A stretch of 63,895 nt of DNA, filler included, from an uncultured Methanosarcinales archaeon (GTDB lineage Archaea; Nanobdellota; Nanobdellia; Woesearchaeales; JABMPP01): assembly GCA_964604995.1 (NCBI GenBank). It is 7 parts of 7 records of this genome, joined end to end, with 100 filler letters (N's around TTAATTAATTAA, not from the genome) between each part and the next. Parts side by side here need not be neighbours in the genome. Positions count along the whole stretch, not along the records: positions 41,127 to 50,177 come from CAZSAD010000048.1; positions 50,278 to 59,315 come from CAZSAD010000049.1; 5 more parts are not named here. One strand, 5' to 3'. Position numbers and translations under genes: made by a program. Under the pieces are notes generated by a model that was given only the letters and a program-made list of their open reading frames with translations, did not search any database and was not told the origin of the DNA. Shown here in pieces: positions 41,737-51,306 of this stretch. Positions within the stretch are counted from its first letter, which is position 1. Every line of letters begins with the position of its first letter.

Positions 41737-44061
41737 ATGAACAAAAAAAATAATGAAAAAACACTAAAAAAAATACAAAATTTCAAGTTAAGTTTTATTT
41801 CACTGATAGTTGGAGCTTTGGTTATTTTATCAATGCTTTCTGCATGCCAAACTAATAATCCAAATCCTAATCCTACACCAGAATATACATCTGGAACTAG
41901 CTTACTAGAATCAGATGTTGCAACAACTCAGGAACTTAAAAAATTTCAAAATATTGATGATCTTAAAAAATTCTTAATAGAAAGATCTCTTTCTTCACAG
42001 ACTGGTAATTCCGAGATTAATAGTTTTGGTGCAGGGACGGTAAGGGGCACCGTGGCATTTGATACAATGATGGTCAAAAGTGGGGAGTCACTTTCAGCGC
42101 CTGTTGCAGCACAATCTGGGGCCAATGATTTTTCACAAACAAATGTTCAAGTTAAAGGAGTTGATGAAGGAGATTTTGTTAAAAATGACGGAACTTATAT
42201 TTATATGATTGCAGATAATAAACTTATAATTGTTGACGCGTATGATGCAAAAAATGCTAAGATTATATCTACAACACAAATTAGCTCTGAAAACAATGTG
42301 GAGGTATATAATTCTCCAAGAGGTGTAGAACTTTTTGTGAATGGAAATAAACTTGTGCTTTTTGTAGAAGCAAATGAAAAAGCATTTTACTTTGAAAAAT
42401 ATGATATAAAACCACTCCCAACATACAAACAAAAAACATATGTTCAGATTTATGATATTACAGATAAAGAAAATCCAATGCTTACTGAGCAATTTTCTAT
42501 TAGTGGAAGTTATTATCAATCAAGAATGATTGGTGATATAATTTATGCAGTTACAACCGAAGGAGTGTATGGCGGAACTTACATAAATGAACCTATTATT
42601 ATGGATACACCAATGATTGCTGATTCAAATGGTAAATTAGTTCAAGAAGGAGTAACAAAAATTATTAATCCTGAAATATACTATTTTGACAATCCAGATG
42701 ACAACTATCAATTTAATACAATAAGTTCAATAAATCTAAAAGATGATTCTTTAGTTGATAGCAAAACCTACATGCTTGGTTATACCAATACATTAATGGT
42801 ATCTGAAAATAATATTTATATTGCATATCAAAAGCAGAATTATTGGCGTCCTTTTTGGAGATGGGGCCCAACATCTAATTATGACAAAGATAGGTTCTAT
42901 CAAGTTGTATTGCCTTTGCTTTCTGCAGATCTAAAAACAGATATCGATGCAATAATTGCAAAAGATTTAACTGAAGATGAAAAATGGAAACAAATATCTG
43001 ATAGATTATCAAAATTCTATGAAGGTGCAAAAGATGAACAAGATTTTGAAAATAAATATCAAGAATCTTTTGACAAAATCCAAAAAGCTTTAGATGAATA
43101 TGATAAAAATAAAGCAATGGAAAATGCCAAGACAATAATTCATAAAATAGGAATAGACAATGGAAAAATAGAATATAAAACTAAAGGAGAAGTTTATGGG
43201 ACACTTCTAAATCAATTTTCATTAGATGAATATAATGGATATTTAAGACTTGCAACTAATTTGAATGTTTGGGTTGGTGATTCTATAATAAACAACAATG
43301 TGTATATCCTTGATAGTGATATGAATACAGTTGGCACATTAAAAAATTTAGCTGAAGGCGAAAGAATATACTCAACCAGATTTTTAGGTGATAAATTGTA
43401 TATGGTTACATTCAAGCAAGTTGATCCTTTGTTTGTTATTGAACTTTCAGATCCACAAAATCCAAAAGTGCTTGGATATTTAAAAATTCCAGGATATAGT
43501 GATTATTTGCATCCTTATGATGCAACACATATTATTGGAATTGGTAAAGAAACAAGTGAAAATCAATATGGTGGAGTTGTAACTCAAGGACTTAAAATTG
43601 CTTTTTTTGATGTGACTGATTTTACAAATCCAATGTTAGTAGACAAAGTTATAATTGGTGATAAGGGTAGTGATAGTCCAGCTTTACATGACCATAAAGC
43701 TTTCTTATTTAGTGATACTAAAAAGATAATGGTTTTACCTGTTACTGAAGTAACACAAATTGATAAAATAGATCAGTACAGATACAACATGAAGATATGG
43801 AATGGTGCATATGTATTTAATGTAAGTGAAACTGGTTTTACAAGACTTGGAAAAGTGCAGCATTCATCATCCACTTCGCAATGGTTTAATTGGTGGACTG
43901 AAGCTAGTGTACTTAGAAGCTTGTATATGGATGATAATTTATACACTATTAGTAATAAGTATATCAAGATAAATGATTTAAGTAATAATCTTGAAGAATT
44001 AAATACTGTTAAATTACCATACGACGAGCAAATGCCATACTATCAATGGGGAAGAATATAA
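41737..44061 (+). CDS. Secreted beta-propeller domain protein, probable lipoprotein
   Basis: Lipobox-like LSAC; FSQTNVQVKGVDEGDFVKNDG, NQFSLDEY, GERIYSTRF, VTFKQVDPLF, LKIPGYSDYLHP. Confidence 0.9.
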   Translation: MNKKNNEKTLKKIQNFKLSFISLIVGALVILSMLSACQTNNPNPNPTPEYTSGTSLLESDVATTQELKKFQNIDDLKKFLIERSLSSQTGNSEINSFGAGTVRGTVAFDTMMVKSGESLSAPVAAQSGANDFSQTNVQVKGVDEGDFVKNDGTYIYMIADNKLIIVDAYDAKNAKIISTTQISSENNVEVYNSPRGVELFVNGNKLVLFVEANEKAFYFEKYDIKPLPTYKQKTYVQIYDITDKENPMLTEQFSISGSYYQSRMIGDIIYAVTTEGVYGGTYINEPIIMDTPMIADSNGKLVQEGVTKIINPEIYYFDNPDDNYQFNTISSINLKDDSLVDSKTYMLGYTNTLMVSENNIYIAYQKQNYWRPFWRWGPTSNYDKDRFYQVVLPLLSADLKTDIDAIIAKDLTEDEKWKQISDRLSKFYEGAKDEQDFENKYQESFDKIQKALDEYDKNKAMENAKTIIHKIGIDNGKIEYKTKGEVYGTLLNQFSLDEYNGYLRLATNLNVWVGDSIINNNVYILDSDMNTVGTLKNLAEGERIYSTRFLGDKLYMVTFKQVDPLFVIELSDPQNPKVLGYLKIPGYSDYLHPYDATHIIGIGKETSENQYGGVVTQGLKIAFFDVTDFTNPMLVDKVIIGDKGSDSPALHDHKAFLFSDTKKIMVLPVTEVTQIDKIDQYRYNMKIWNGAYVFNVSETGFTRLGKVQHSSSTSQWFNWWTEASVLRSLYMDDNLYTISNKYIKINDLSNNLEELNTVKLPYDEQMPYYQWGRI

Positions 44062-44193
44062 TTATTTCCCCTTAATTTTTTTAATTTAACTTTTTTATAT
44101 TATTTTTAATTATTAATCTATTTATTAATATTAAATAATTAGAAAATAAATATTAAAAATATTAATAACAAAAAATAATAAATTAAATAATAT

Positions 44194-45492
44194 TTATGGT
44201 CCTTTTCTTAGCATTGTTCTTGGAAATGGAATTGCATCTTTAATGTTATCAAGATGACATAACCAAGCCACAACTCTTTCAACACCCATTCCATAACCTG
44301 CATGCTTTACACTTCCATATTTTCTTAAATCAAAATACCAAGAATAACTTTCAGGTTTTTCTCCATCTCTTGCTAGCCATTTACTCATTTCTTCAATATT
44401 AATATCTCTTTGAGAACCACCAACAATTTCACCATATCCTTCAGGTGCAATAACATCTACACATAGGGCAGTTGTTGGATCATTTGGATCAGCAGGCTTA
44501 TAGAATGCCATTATTTCTTTTGGATAATTTGTTACAATTACTGGCTTATCAAAATGTTTAACAAGGGCATCCTCTTCAATTGTCCTCAAATCTTTTCCCC
44601 ATTCAATATCCATGCCTTCTTTTTCTTTTAATAATTTTAATACATCGGTATAAGTCATTCTTGGGAAAGGTGGAACAATCTTTTTTAATTTTTCAATATC
44701 TTGTCCAAGTATTTTTAATTCTTCAGTGTTCTTTTCTACTACTTCTTTTACAATATATGTCAAGCATCCTTCTATTGAATTAAGTAATTCGGGTAGACCA
44801 ATCCATGCTTGTTCCATTTCAGCCATCCAAAATTCAGATAAGTGTCTTGATGTTTTACTTTTTTCTGCTCTAAAGCAAGGTGAAATTGTAAAAAATTTTT
44901 CATAGGCAAAAATTGCTGCTTCAGCATAAAGCTGCCAGCTTTGTGTTAAAAATGTTTTATCAGCATAATATTTTACTTCAAATAAAGTAGAGCCGCCTTC
45001 ACATTGATTTGGTTGAAGTATCGGCGCTGAAAATTCTAAGAATCCATTTTGTAAATAAAAATTCCTGTATGCTTGAAGCACAGTATTTCTAACTTTTAAA
45101 ATTGCTACCATCTTTCTACTTCTAAGCCAAAGGTGTCTATTATCAAGCAAGAATTCTGGAGATTGATCTTTTTGTATTGGAAATGGTTCAGCTATTTGGT
45201 GAATTTTAAAACTTTCAACTTGGATTTCATATCCTGAAGGAGCTCTTTTATCTTCTTTTATTTCTCCAATAATCTCCAAGGAAGATTCTATTAACAATTT
45301 ATCAACTTGTTCCCACTCTAAATCTTGGAATTTACTTCTATCGAAAACACATTGGATAATATTTGTGCCATCTCTTAAAACAACAAAAGCAAGCTTGTTG
45401 CTTTTTCTTTCTCTGTAAGCCCATCCTCTTATTGAAACTTTTCCAGTTCCTTGCTCCATTGCTTGTTGTATTGATAAAAATTCAGTTTCCAT
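44194..45492 (-). CDS. asnS: Asparaginyl-tRNA synthetase
   Basis: FVVLRDGT, RHLWLRS, LTQSWQLY, FRAEKSKTSRHLSEFWM, GEIVGGSQR. Confidence 0.93.
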   Translation of the reverse strand: METEFLSIQQAMEQGTGKVSIRGWAYRERKSNKLAFVVLRDGTNIIQCVFDRSKFQDLEWEQVDKLLIESSLEIIGEIKEDKRAPSGYEIQVESFKIHQIAEPFPIQKDQSPEFLLDNRHLWLRSRKMVAILKVRNTVLQAYRNFYLQNGFLEFSAPILQPNQCEGGSTLFEVKYYADKTFLTQSWQLYAEAAIFAYEKFFTISPCFRAEKSKTSRHLSEFWMAEMEQAWIGLPELLNSIEGCLTYIVKEVVEKNTEELKILGQDIEKLKKIVPPFPRMTYTDVLKLLKEKEGMDIEWGKDLRTIEEDALVKHFDKPVIVTNYPKEIMAFYKPADPNDPTTALCVDVIAPEGYGEIVGGSQRDINIEEMSKWLARDGEKPESYSWYFDLRKYGSVKHAGYGMGVERVVAWLCHLDNIKDAIPFPRTMLRKGP

Positions 45493-45649
45493 GTTTATCA
45501 CTTTAATTGTTTAAAGTGTTTGTTTGGAGTTATGGTATAAAAAGATTGCCTAATATTTTCTATTTATATCATAATAAATCTATTTATAATGCACACTATT
45601 TTAATTTTATACTAAACTCTAACTTTACTAAACCCTAAATTTTTATGAA

Positions 45650-47317
45650 TTATAGTTTTTCTACTCCTTGTTTATGCACACTTTTTACAGCTCTTCCAGA
45701 TGGATCAGACATGTTTGCAAATTGTTTGCTCCATTCAAATGCTACTGGTGTTGAACAGGCAATTGTTTTTCCAATTGGGACAGTTTGTGGCGCAGTTTTA
45801 CAATAGAACAATTCATCAAAAATTGTTCTATAATAATATTCCTCTTTTGACGATGGTGGATTTATCTCAAATTTATCTTTGGCACTTGATAACATTTCAT
45901 CAGATACACTTTCTTGCGCATGTTTTTTTAAAAAATCAATCCAACCATATCCTACACCATCTGAAAATTGTTCTTTTTGTCTAAACAATATATCTTTTGG
46001 AAGATATCCTGCAAATGCTTTTCTTAATATTTTTTTCTCAATTTCTTTACCTGGGCACATTTTATATTTTGGATCAATGTTCATTACGTAATCTAAAAAT
46101 TCTTTATCCAAAAATGGAACTCTTGCTTCAAGACCCCACGCTGCTGTTGACTTGTTTGCTCTTAAACAATCATATTTACTTAACATTGAAAGTTTTCTTA
46201 CAAGTTCTTCATGCAACTCTTTTGCGTTTGGTGCCATATGAAAATACAAATATCCTCCAAATATTTCATCACTTCCTTCTCCAGAAAGTACCATTTTTAT
46301 TCCCATTGATTTTATTTTTCTTGACATTAAAAACATCGGAGTTGCAGCACGAATTGTTGTTACATCATAAGTTTCTAAATGGTAGATTACTTCTTTTATT
46401 GCATCAAAACCTTCTTGTATTGTAAAAATAATTTCATGATGTGCAGTTCCTAAATATTTAGCAACCTTCTTTGCTTTTTTTAAATCAGGAGAATCTGCAA
46501 GTCCGACAGCAAAAGAATGCAGTCTTGGCCACCAGGCTTCTTCTTTGCTGTTTGTTTCAATTCTTTTTTTTCTAAATCTTGATGCAATTGCAGCAATAAT
46601 TGAAGAGTCCAATCCTCCGGATATCAAAACACCATATGGAACATCAGACATTAACTGTCTTTTTACAGCATCTTCTAATTTATCTTTTAATTCATGCAAT
46701 GATAATTTTTTGTTAGGAATTATCTTTGTCCATTTTGGATCATACCATTTTTTGAATTCTTTTTTGCTTCCAATATAATAATGTCCTGGTGGAAATTCTT
46801 CTATTTTATCACAAAATCCGTCTAATGATTTCATTTCAGATGCAAACATTATTGCACCAAATTTATCCCATCCAACGTAAAGTGGGCAAATTCCCATATG
46901 GTCTCTTGCTACAAAAAAATCATTTTTCTTTTTATCATACAAAACAAAAGCAAAAATTCCATTTAACATATCTAAAAATTTAGGACCATATTCATCATAA
47001 AGATATAATATTACTTCACAGTCGGATTTTGTTTGCCAAAGATGTTTTTTCTTAAGTTTAGAATGTAATTTTAGGTGGTTGTATATTTCACCATTTACAC
47101 CTAAAACACTTCTAGTTGTTTTATCATAAAGTGGCTGGGCACCATGTTCAACATCTACAATTGATAATCTTTCATGTGCAATTATTGCATTGCTATCTGA
47201 ATAAATCCCACTCCAATCAGGTCCACGATGTCTTATTCTTGATGCCATCTCAAGAGCCATGCCTCTATATTTTTTTGATTCATTTTTAACTTGAAATATT
47301 CCAATAACTCCGCACAT
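45650..47317 (-). CDS. asnB: Asparagine synthetase B (glutamine-hydrolysing)
   Basis: MCG, RHRGPDWSG, NGEIYNH, SGGLDSS, SGEGSDEIFGGYLYF, RQKEQFSDGVG; GGAGG SD. Confidence 0.97.
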   Translation of the reverse strand: MCGVIGIFQVKNESKKYRGMALEMASRIRHRGPDWSGIYSDSNAIIAHERLSIVDVEHGAQPLYDKTTRSVLGVNGEIYNHLKLHSKLKKKHLWQTKSDCEVILYLYDEYGPKFLDMLNGIFAFVLYDKKKNDFFVARDHMGICPLYVGWDKFGAIMFASEMKSLDGFCDKIEEFPPGHYYIGSKKEFKKWYDPKWTKIIPNKKLSLHELKDKLEDAVKRQLMSDVPYGVLISGGLDSSIIAAIASRFRKKRIETNSKEEAWWPRLHSFAVGLADSPDLKKAKKVAKYLGTAHHEIIFTIQEGFDAIKEVIYHLETYDVTTIRAATPMFLMSRKIKSMGIKMVLSGEGSDEIFGGYLYFHMAPNAKELHEELVRKLSMLSKYDCLRANKSTAAWGLEARVPFLDKEFLDYVMNIDPKYKMCPGKEIEKKILRKAFAGYLPKDILFRQKEQFSDGVGYGWIDFLKKHAQESVSDEMLSSAKDKFEINPPSSKEEYYYRTIFDELFYCKTAPQTVPIGKTIACSTPVAFEWSKQFANMSDPSGRAVKSVHKQGVEKL

Positions 47318-47403
47318 TTTCTCATCCTCCCATTTTTATTTTAATAATATTAGTTTGATAAGGAACCACGATAATTTTTTTATCAATAAAATTTGATAAA
47401 AAA

Positions 47404-47604
47404 TTAATTATAGAATTCTTGCTCACAATTATCATCAAATTCAGATTTTGGCCCTGAAAATTTTTCCATTAATGTATCTATTTCCAAGCCCGACAGGGAT
47501 TCATCTTTATACATCTCTTTAGTTGAAAATTTTAAACTATCAATTCCTTTTGTTACCAAAATAGATTTTTTTTCATACTTTTTTTGTTTAATTGAAATTG
47601 TCAT
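47404..47604 (-). CDS. Putative 66-aa small protein upstream of asnB
   Basis: MTISIKQKK...EFDDNCEQEFYN; minus-strand TTTATA about 22-28 nt before ATG 47604. Confidence 0.6.
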   Translation of the reverse strand: MTISIKQKKYEKKSILVTKGIDSLKFSTKEMYKDESLSGLEIDTLMEKFSGPKSEFDDNCEQEFYN

Positions 47605-47708
47605 AGTCTTTGGGTATTTAATCCCATATAAATACTTATTCCAATAATTATGGAATATTTTACAAAAATAACCAATAAATATATAAATATTGGAATATTT
47701 TTCCATTT

Positions 47709-48161
47709 ATGGAAAATATACTTGATGGAAAGGATAAGAAAATTTTAGCACTTCTAGTACAAGATAGCAAACTTACAACTCAACAAATATCAAGAAAAAT
47801 TGCTGTTCCTGTAACAACTGTGCATAATAGAATAAAAAAACTTGAAAAACTTGGTGTAATCAAAAATTATACTTTAACAATTGATCTTGCAAAAATAGGA
47901 AAACCTATTTCTGCATATGTTTTTGCAACAGTTGTTTATTCAAGAGAAAGCCATAAAAAATTTTCACAAGAAGACATTGCAAGAAAAATTAGAGGAATAG
48001 ATGGTGTTGATGGGGTTTCTATTGTTACAGGCGGAACTGACATTATTTTAAGAGTAAATCTTGAAAGCATTTCTGCTTTAAATGATTTTGTTACCAAAAA
48101 GCTTAGAAACATTGAAGGAATAGATAAAACTGAAACTGTTGTAATTATGAATGAATTTTAA
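47709..48161 (+). CDS. Lrp/AsnC family transcriptional regulator
   Basis: LDGKDKKIL..DSKLT..TTVHNRIKKLE HTH and VTGGTDII RAM domain. Confidence 0.95.
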   Translation: MENILDGKDKKILALLVQDSKLTTQQISRKIAVPVTTVHNRIKKLEKLGVIKNYTLTIDLAKIGKPISAYVFATVVYSRESHKKFSQEDIARKIRGIDGVDGVSIVTGGTDIILRVNLESISALNDFVTKKLRNIEGIDKTETVVIMNEF

Positions 48162-48203
48162 TGGGGAGTTTTTTATTGTTTATTTATTATTTGTTTGATT
48201 TTT

Positions 48204-48665
48204 TTATTGTGTTAAATCATCAACAATTGGCCTTACTGCATGTATATAATCATCAAGTTTCATCATTATTGAAACTGTTTGTTTTCCAGCATTAAATACA
48301 ATCTCTTGATTATCGAATAATTTTTTATCTAAGTAAATTGGAATATCAAATAAATTTCCAAATGGTGGAACACCACCTGGCAAAGTTTCAGTTATCTCTT
48401 CAACTTCATGTCTATCTGCAAGTGATAGACTATCACTTTTTATTATATGCTTGACTTTTTTAAATTCAACTTTAGAATTTCCAGGAACTACACACATCAA
48501 AAATTTTCCTTCTGATCTAAAAACAAGAGCTTTTGCAGCTTGATCTAACGATGTGCCTCTAACTTTTGCTGCGATTTCAGAAGTTGGCGTTGGCTCATGC
48601 TCCATAACTTTATATTTAATATTTTTAGAATCCAAAAATTCCTTTATTTTTTCAGTTACATCCAT
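48204..48665 (-). CDS. YbaK/ProX-family aminoacyl-tRNA deacylase domain protein
   Basis: HEPTPTS, AAKALV, GGVPPFG, FNAG. Confidence 0.9.
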   Translation of the reverse strand: MDVTEKIKEFLDSKNIKYKVMEHEPTPTSEIAAKVRGTSLDQAAKALVFRSEGKFLMCVVPGNSKVEFKKVKHIIKSDSLSLADRHEVEEITETLPGGVPPFGNLFDIPIYLDKKLFDNQEIVFNAGKQTVSIMMKLDDYIHAVRPIVDDLTQ

Positions 48666-48735
48666 TTTTTAATAAATCCTCAATCACTAAATTATTTTTA
48701 TATTTTTTATGTTATTTGTAATTTACGGATTATGT

Positions 48736-50061
48736 TTATGGTGTTAATCTATCTGGATCTCTTGGCAGTAAAATGGCTTCTCTAATATTATCTAAATGTA
48801 GCATTTGTTCAACTATTCTATCAACACCAAGTCCAACACCCCCATGAGGGATTGCTCCAAATCTAAATATATCACGATAAAAACCAAGTTTTTCTAAATC
48901 AATTCCTTTTTCTGTGCATTGTTTTTCTAATTTATCTAATCTATGTTCTCTTTGAGCGCCAGTGCCTATTTCAACACCATTGTAAATTAAATCAAATGAT
49001 TTTGTGCTTTTTTGATTATTATCTGGTCTCATATGGTAAAATGGTCTTTTATTCCAAGGATAGCCAAGAGCAAAAACAAAATCACTATCAAATTTTTGTT
49101 TTACAATTTCACCGAGTAATTTTTCAGCTTCAGCATCTAAATCATCATCTTCTTGTACAATCTTTCCCTTTTTTGCTAGAAGCGGTACAATTTCTTCATA
49201 AGTTAATCTTGGTATTTTTTTTGGGATTTTAACTTCAATCCCTAAAAATTTCAATTCTTCTAAGCAATACTTATTAATATTTTCAGTTAGAAAAATTGCA
49301 AATTTTTCTATAACATCCATTACATCGTGTTCGTCTTTGATAAATCCCATTTCAAAGTCAATACCTACAAATTCAGTTAAATGTCTTGTAGTATGCGATT
49401 TTTCAGCTCTAAAAATAGTTCCAATCTCAAATACTTTTTCAAGACCAGAAACAACAAACATCTGTTTGTAAACTTGTGGGCTTTGAGCTAATGATGCTTT
49501 TTTTCCAAAATAATCAATTTTAAATTCTTCAGCACCAGATTCAACACCTGACTTAGTTAATTTTGGTGTGTTTATATTTATGAAACCTTCTTTAACAAAA
49601 AATTCAGTTGTTAAAGCTACAATCCTTGATCTTATTTTGAAAATTGATTGTATTTTTTGTCTTCTTAAATCTAAGAAACGATAATCTATTCTTTTATCAA
49701 TACTTGTTGTTGTTTCTTCAGAAATTTCTATTGGGAGAGGAGTTTCAGATTGGGATATTAATGTTATTTTATTTGCAGCAACTTCAATTTCTCCAGTTTG
49801 CATTTCAGTTCTGATTTGATTGCTTGGTCTTTTTCCAACTTTACCCTCAACTAAAACAACACTTTCCTTTGGTAAATTACCAAACTCTTTGGCAAGATTC
49901 GGATTCAAAAAAATTTGAGTTATTCCATATCTATCGCGAAGAAGCATAAATCCAATTTTTCCTTGGACTCTAACTGTTTCTATCCATCCACAAAAACTAA
50001 CCTCTTTTTCTGCATCAGATATACGCAGTTCTCCGCAATTATTGGTTCTTATCATAACCAT
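48736..50061 (-). CDS. aspS: Aspartyl-tRNA synthetase (short, archaeal-type catalytic domain)
   Basis: LAQSPQVYKQM, FRAEKSHTTRHLTEF, GAQREH, PHGGVGLGVDR, PRDPDRLTP. Confidence 0.93.
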   Translation of the reverse strand: MVMIRTNNCGELRISDAEKEVSFCGWIETVRVQGKIGFMLLRDRYGITQIFLNPNLAKEFGNLPKESVVLVEGKVGKRPSNQIRTEMQTGEIEVAANKITLISQSETPLPIEISEETTTSIDKRIDYRFLDLRRQKIQSIFKIRSRIVALTTEFFVKEGFININTPKLTKSGVESGAEEFKIDYFGKKASLAQSPQVYKQMFVVSGLEKVFEIGTIFRAEKSHTTRHLTEFVGIDFEMGFIKDEHDVMDVIEKFAIFLTENINKYCLEELKFLGIEVKIPKKIPRLTYEEIVPLLAKKGKIVQEDDDLDAEAEKLLGEIVKQKFDSDFVFALGYPWNKRPFYHMRPDNNQKSTKSFDLIYNGVEIGTGAQREHRLDKLEKQCTEKGIDLEKLGFYRDIFRFGAIPHGGVGLGVDRIVEQMLHLDNIREAILLPRDPDRLTP

Positions 50062-50177
50062 GAAAAGAATTGAATATTATTTAAAGATTGGGATTTTATG
50101 TTTGTAAATAAGTTTTAAATCATATTAATCTTAATAATTGACTTTAGAATTAATTACTTTTTTTTAGTTTGCAATAT

Positions 50178-50277
50178 NNNNNNNNNNNNNNNNNNNNNNN
50201 NNNNNNNNNNNNNNNNNNNNNTTAATTAATTAANNNNNNNNNNNNNNNNNNNNNNNNNNNNNNNNNNNNNNNNNNNN
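50178..50277. other. Artificial contig linker
   Basis: 100 bp of N with TTAATTAATTAA. Confidence 0.99.
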
Positions 50278-50321
50278 TTCTTAAAGAGTTTATTAAAATT
50301 ATAATTCAAAATAATAATCAT

Positions 50322-50438
50322 TCAAGGATTGTTATAAATATTATTTAAGGTCTCTTGTTCTAAGTAATATTCCCAGTTCCTTGCTTTTTTTATTAAATCA
50401 TCAAATTCTTTTCTGGAAAGAATTATTATTTCTTCCAT
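50322..50438 (-). CDS. Putative 38-aa small protein
   Basis: MEEIIILSRKEFDDLIKKARNWEYYLEQETLNNIYNNP*; GTGGGTGG upstream. Confidence 0.45.
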   Translation of the reverse strand: MEEIIILSRKEFDDLIKKARNWEYYLEQETLNNIYNNP

Positions 50439-50571
50439 CTTACCACCCACACCCTAATGTATATATAGACAACACCCAAAGTGATTAAAAATATTAAAAA
50501 ATACAAAAACAATTTATTTTAAAATAATATACTAAAGAAAAATCAAGATATATTCGAAAAAATAGAAAAGT

Positions 50572-50769
50572 TTAATGTTTCTTTTGAAACTTTTTTATCT
50601 CCTTTTCAAAAGGAATAGAATTTTCCCACATACCCGTAAAATAATTACGAAACATAATTGCAAGTGCTGAACTTTCGGTCCACATAGATAAATAATCTTC
50701 TTCAGATTTAATTTCAGGTTTGCCAATTGTTATTCTAAGTATTTTTTTATCAAAAACAAGAAAATTTTG
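50572..50769 (-). pseudogene. C-terminal fragment resembling a TrmB-family regulator, lacking its N-terminus
   Basis: FLVFDKKILRITIGKPEI..YLSMWTESSALAIMFRNYFTGMWENS..*; in-frame TAA immediately upstream. Confidence 0.55.
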
Positions 50770-50912
50770 TTATAAGACCAGCTAAAGAAAAAATATGTTC
50801 ACAATTAGTTAGAAAGATTATTGCAGAAAAATTAGGTGTGGGTGAAAAATCAGATTGGACAGTTTTCCCAAATGAACATTTGATAGAAGAAACGATATTG
50901 AAATTGAAATAA
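50739..50912 (+). pseudogene. Start-less C-terminal gene fragment
   Basis: ..RPAKEKICSQLVRKIIAEKLGVGEKSDWTVFPNEHLIEETILKLK*; no ATG in frame; protein-like composition. Confidence 0.45.
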
Positions 50913-50967
50913 GATTAATTTATGTTAAAACAATATTAAAATAATATTAAAAAATGATAAGAATAAA

Positions 50968-51306
50968 TTAAGCCATTTTTAATTTTCCAGTTACAATATC
51001 AATTTTGTTTTCGGCACAAGGCTCAACACCAAGGCAAGTAATTGTTCCAGGATCAACTACAGTATGGCCAGCATCAGTTATAAGAGCTGTTTTAAGTCCT
51101 TCGTCTTCAATTAAATCCTTGAATTTTAATAGTTCTTTTTCATCATTAACTTCTAATACTACTTTCTTACCACCTTCTTCTCTCCAAGAATCCACTTTTC
51201 GTCTGTCAGTTTTAAGTGCTGCTTCAAGTGATGCATGTGCTACTTGCGCTGCCATTTTACCTTTTGGTAATTTTAAATCTTTTCTAACTAGTATTACTTG
51301 TTTCAT
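50968..51306 (-). CDS. pth: Peptidyl-tRNA hydrolase Pth2
   Basis: KQVILVRKDL, GKMAAQVAHA, KKVVL, DAGHT. Confidence 0.96.
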   Translation of the reverse strand: MKQVILVRKDLKLPKGKMAAQVAHASLEAALKTDRRKVDSWREEGGKKVVLEVNDEKELLKFKDLIEDEGLKTALITDAGHTVVDPGTITCLGVEPCAENKIDIVTGKLKMA

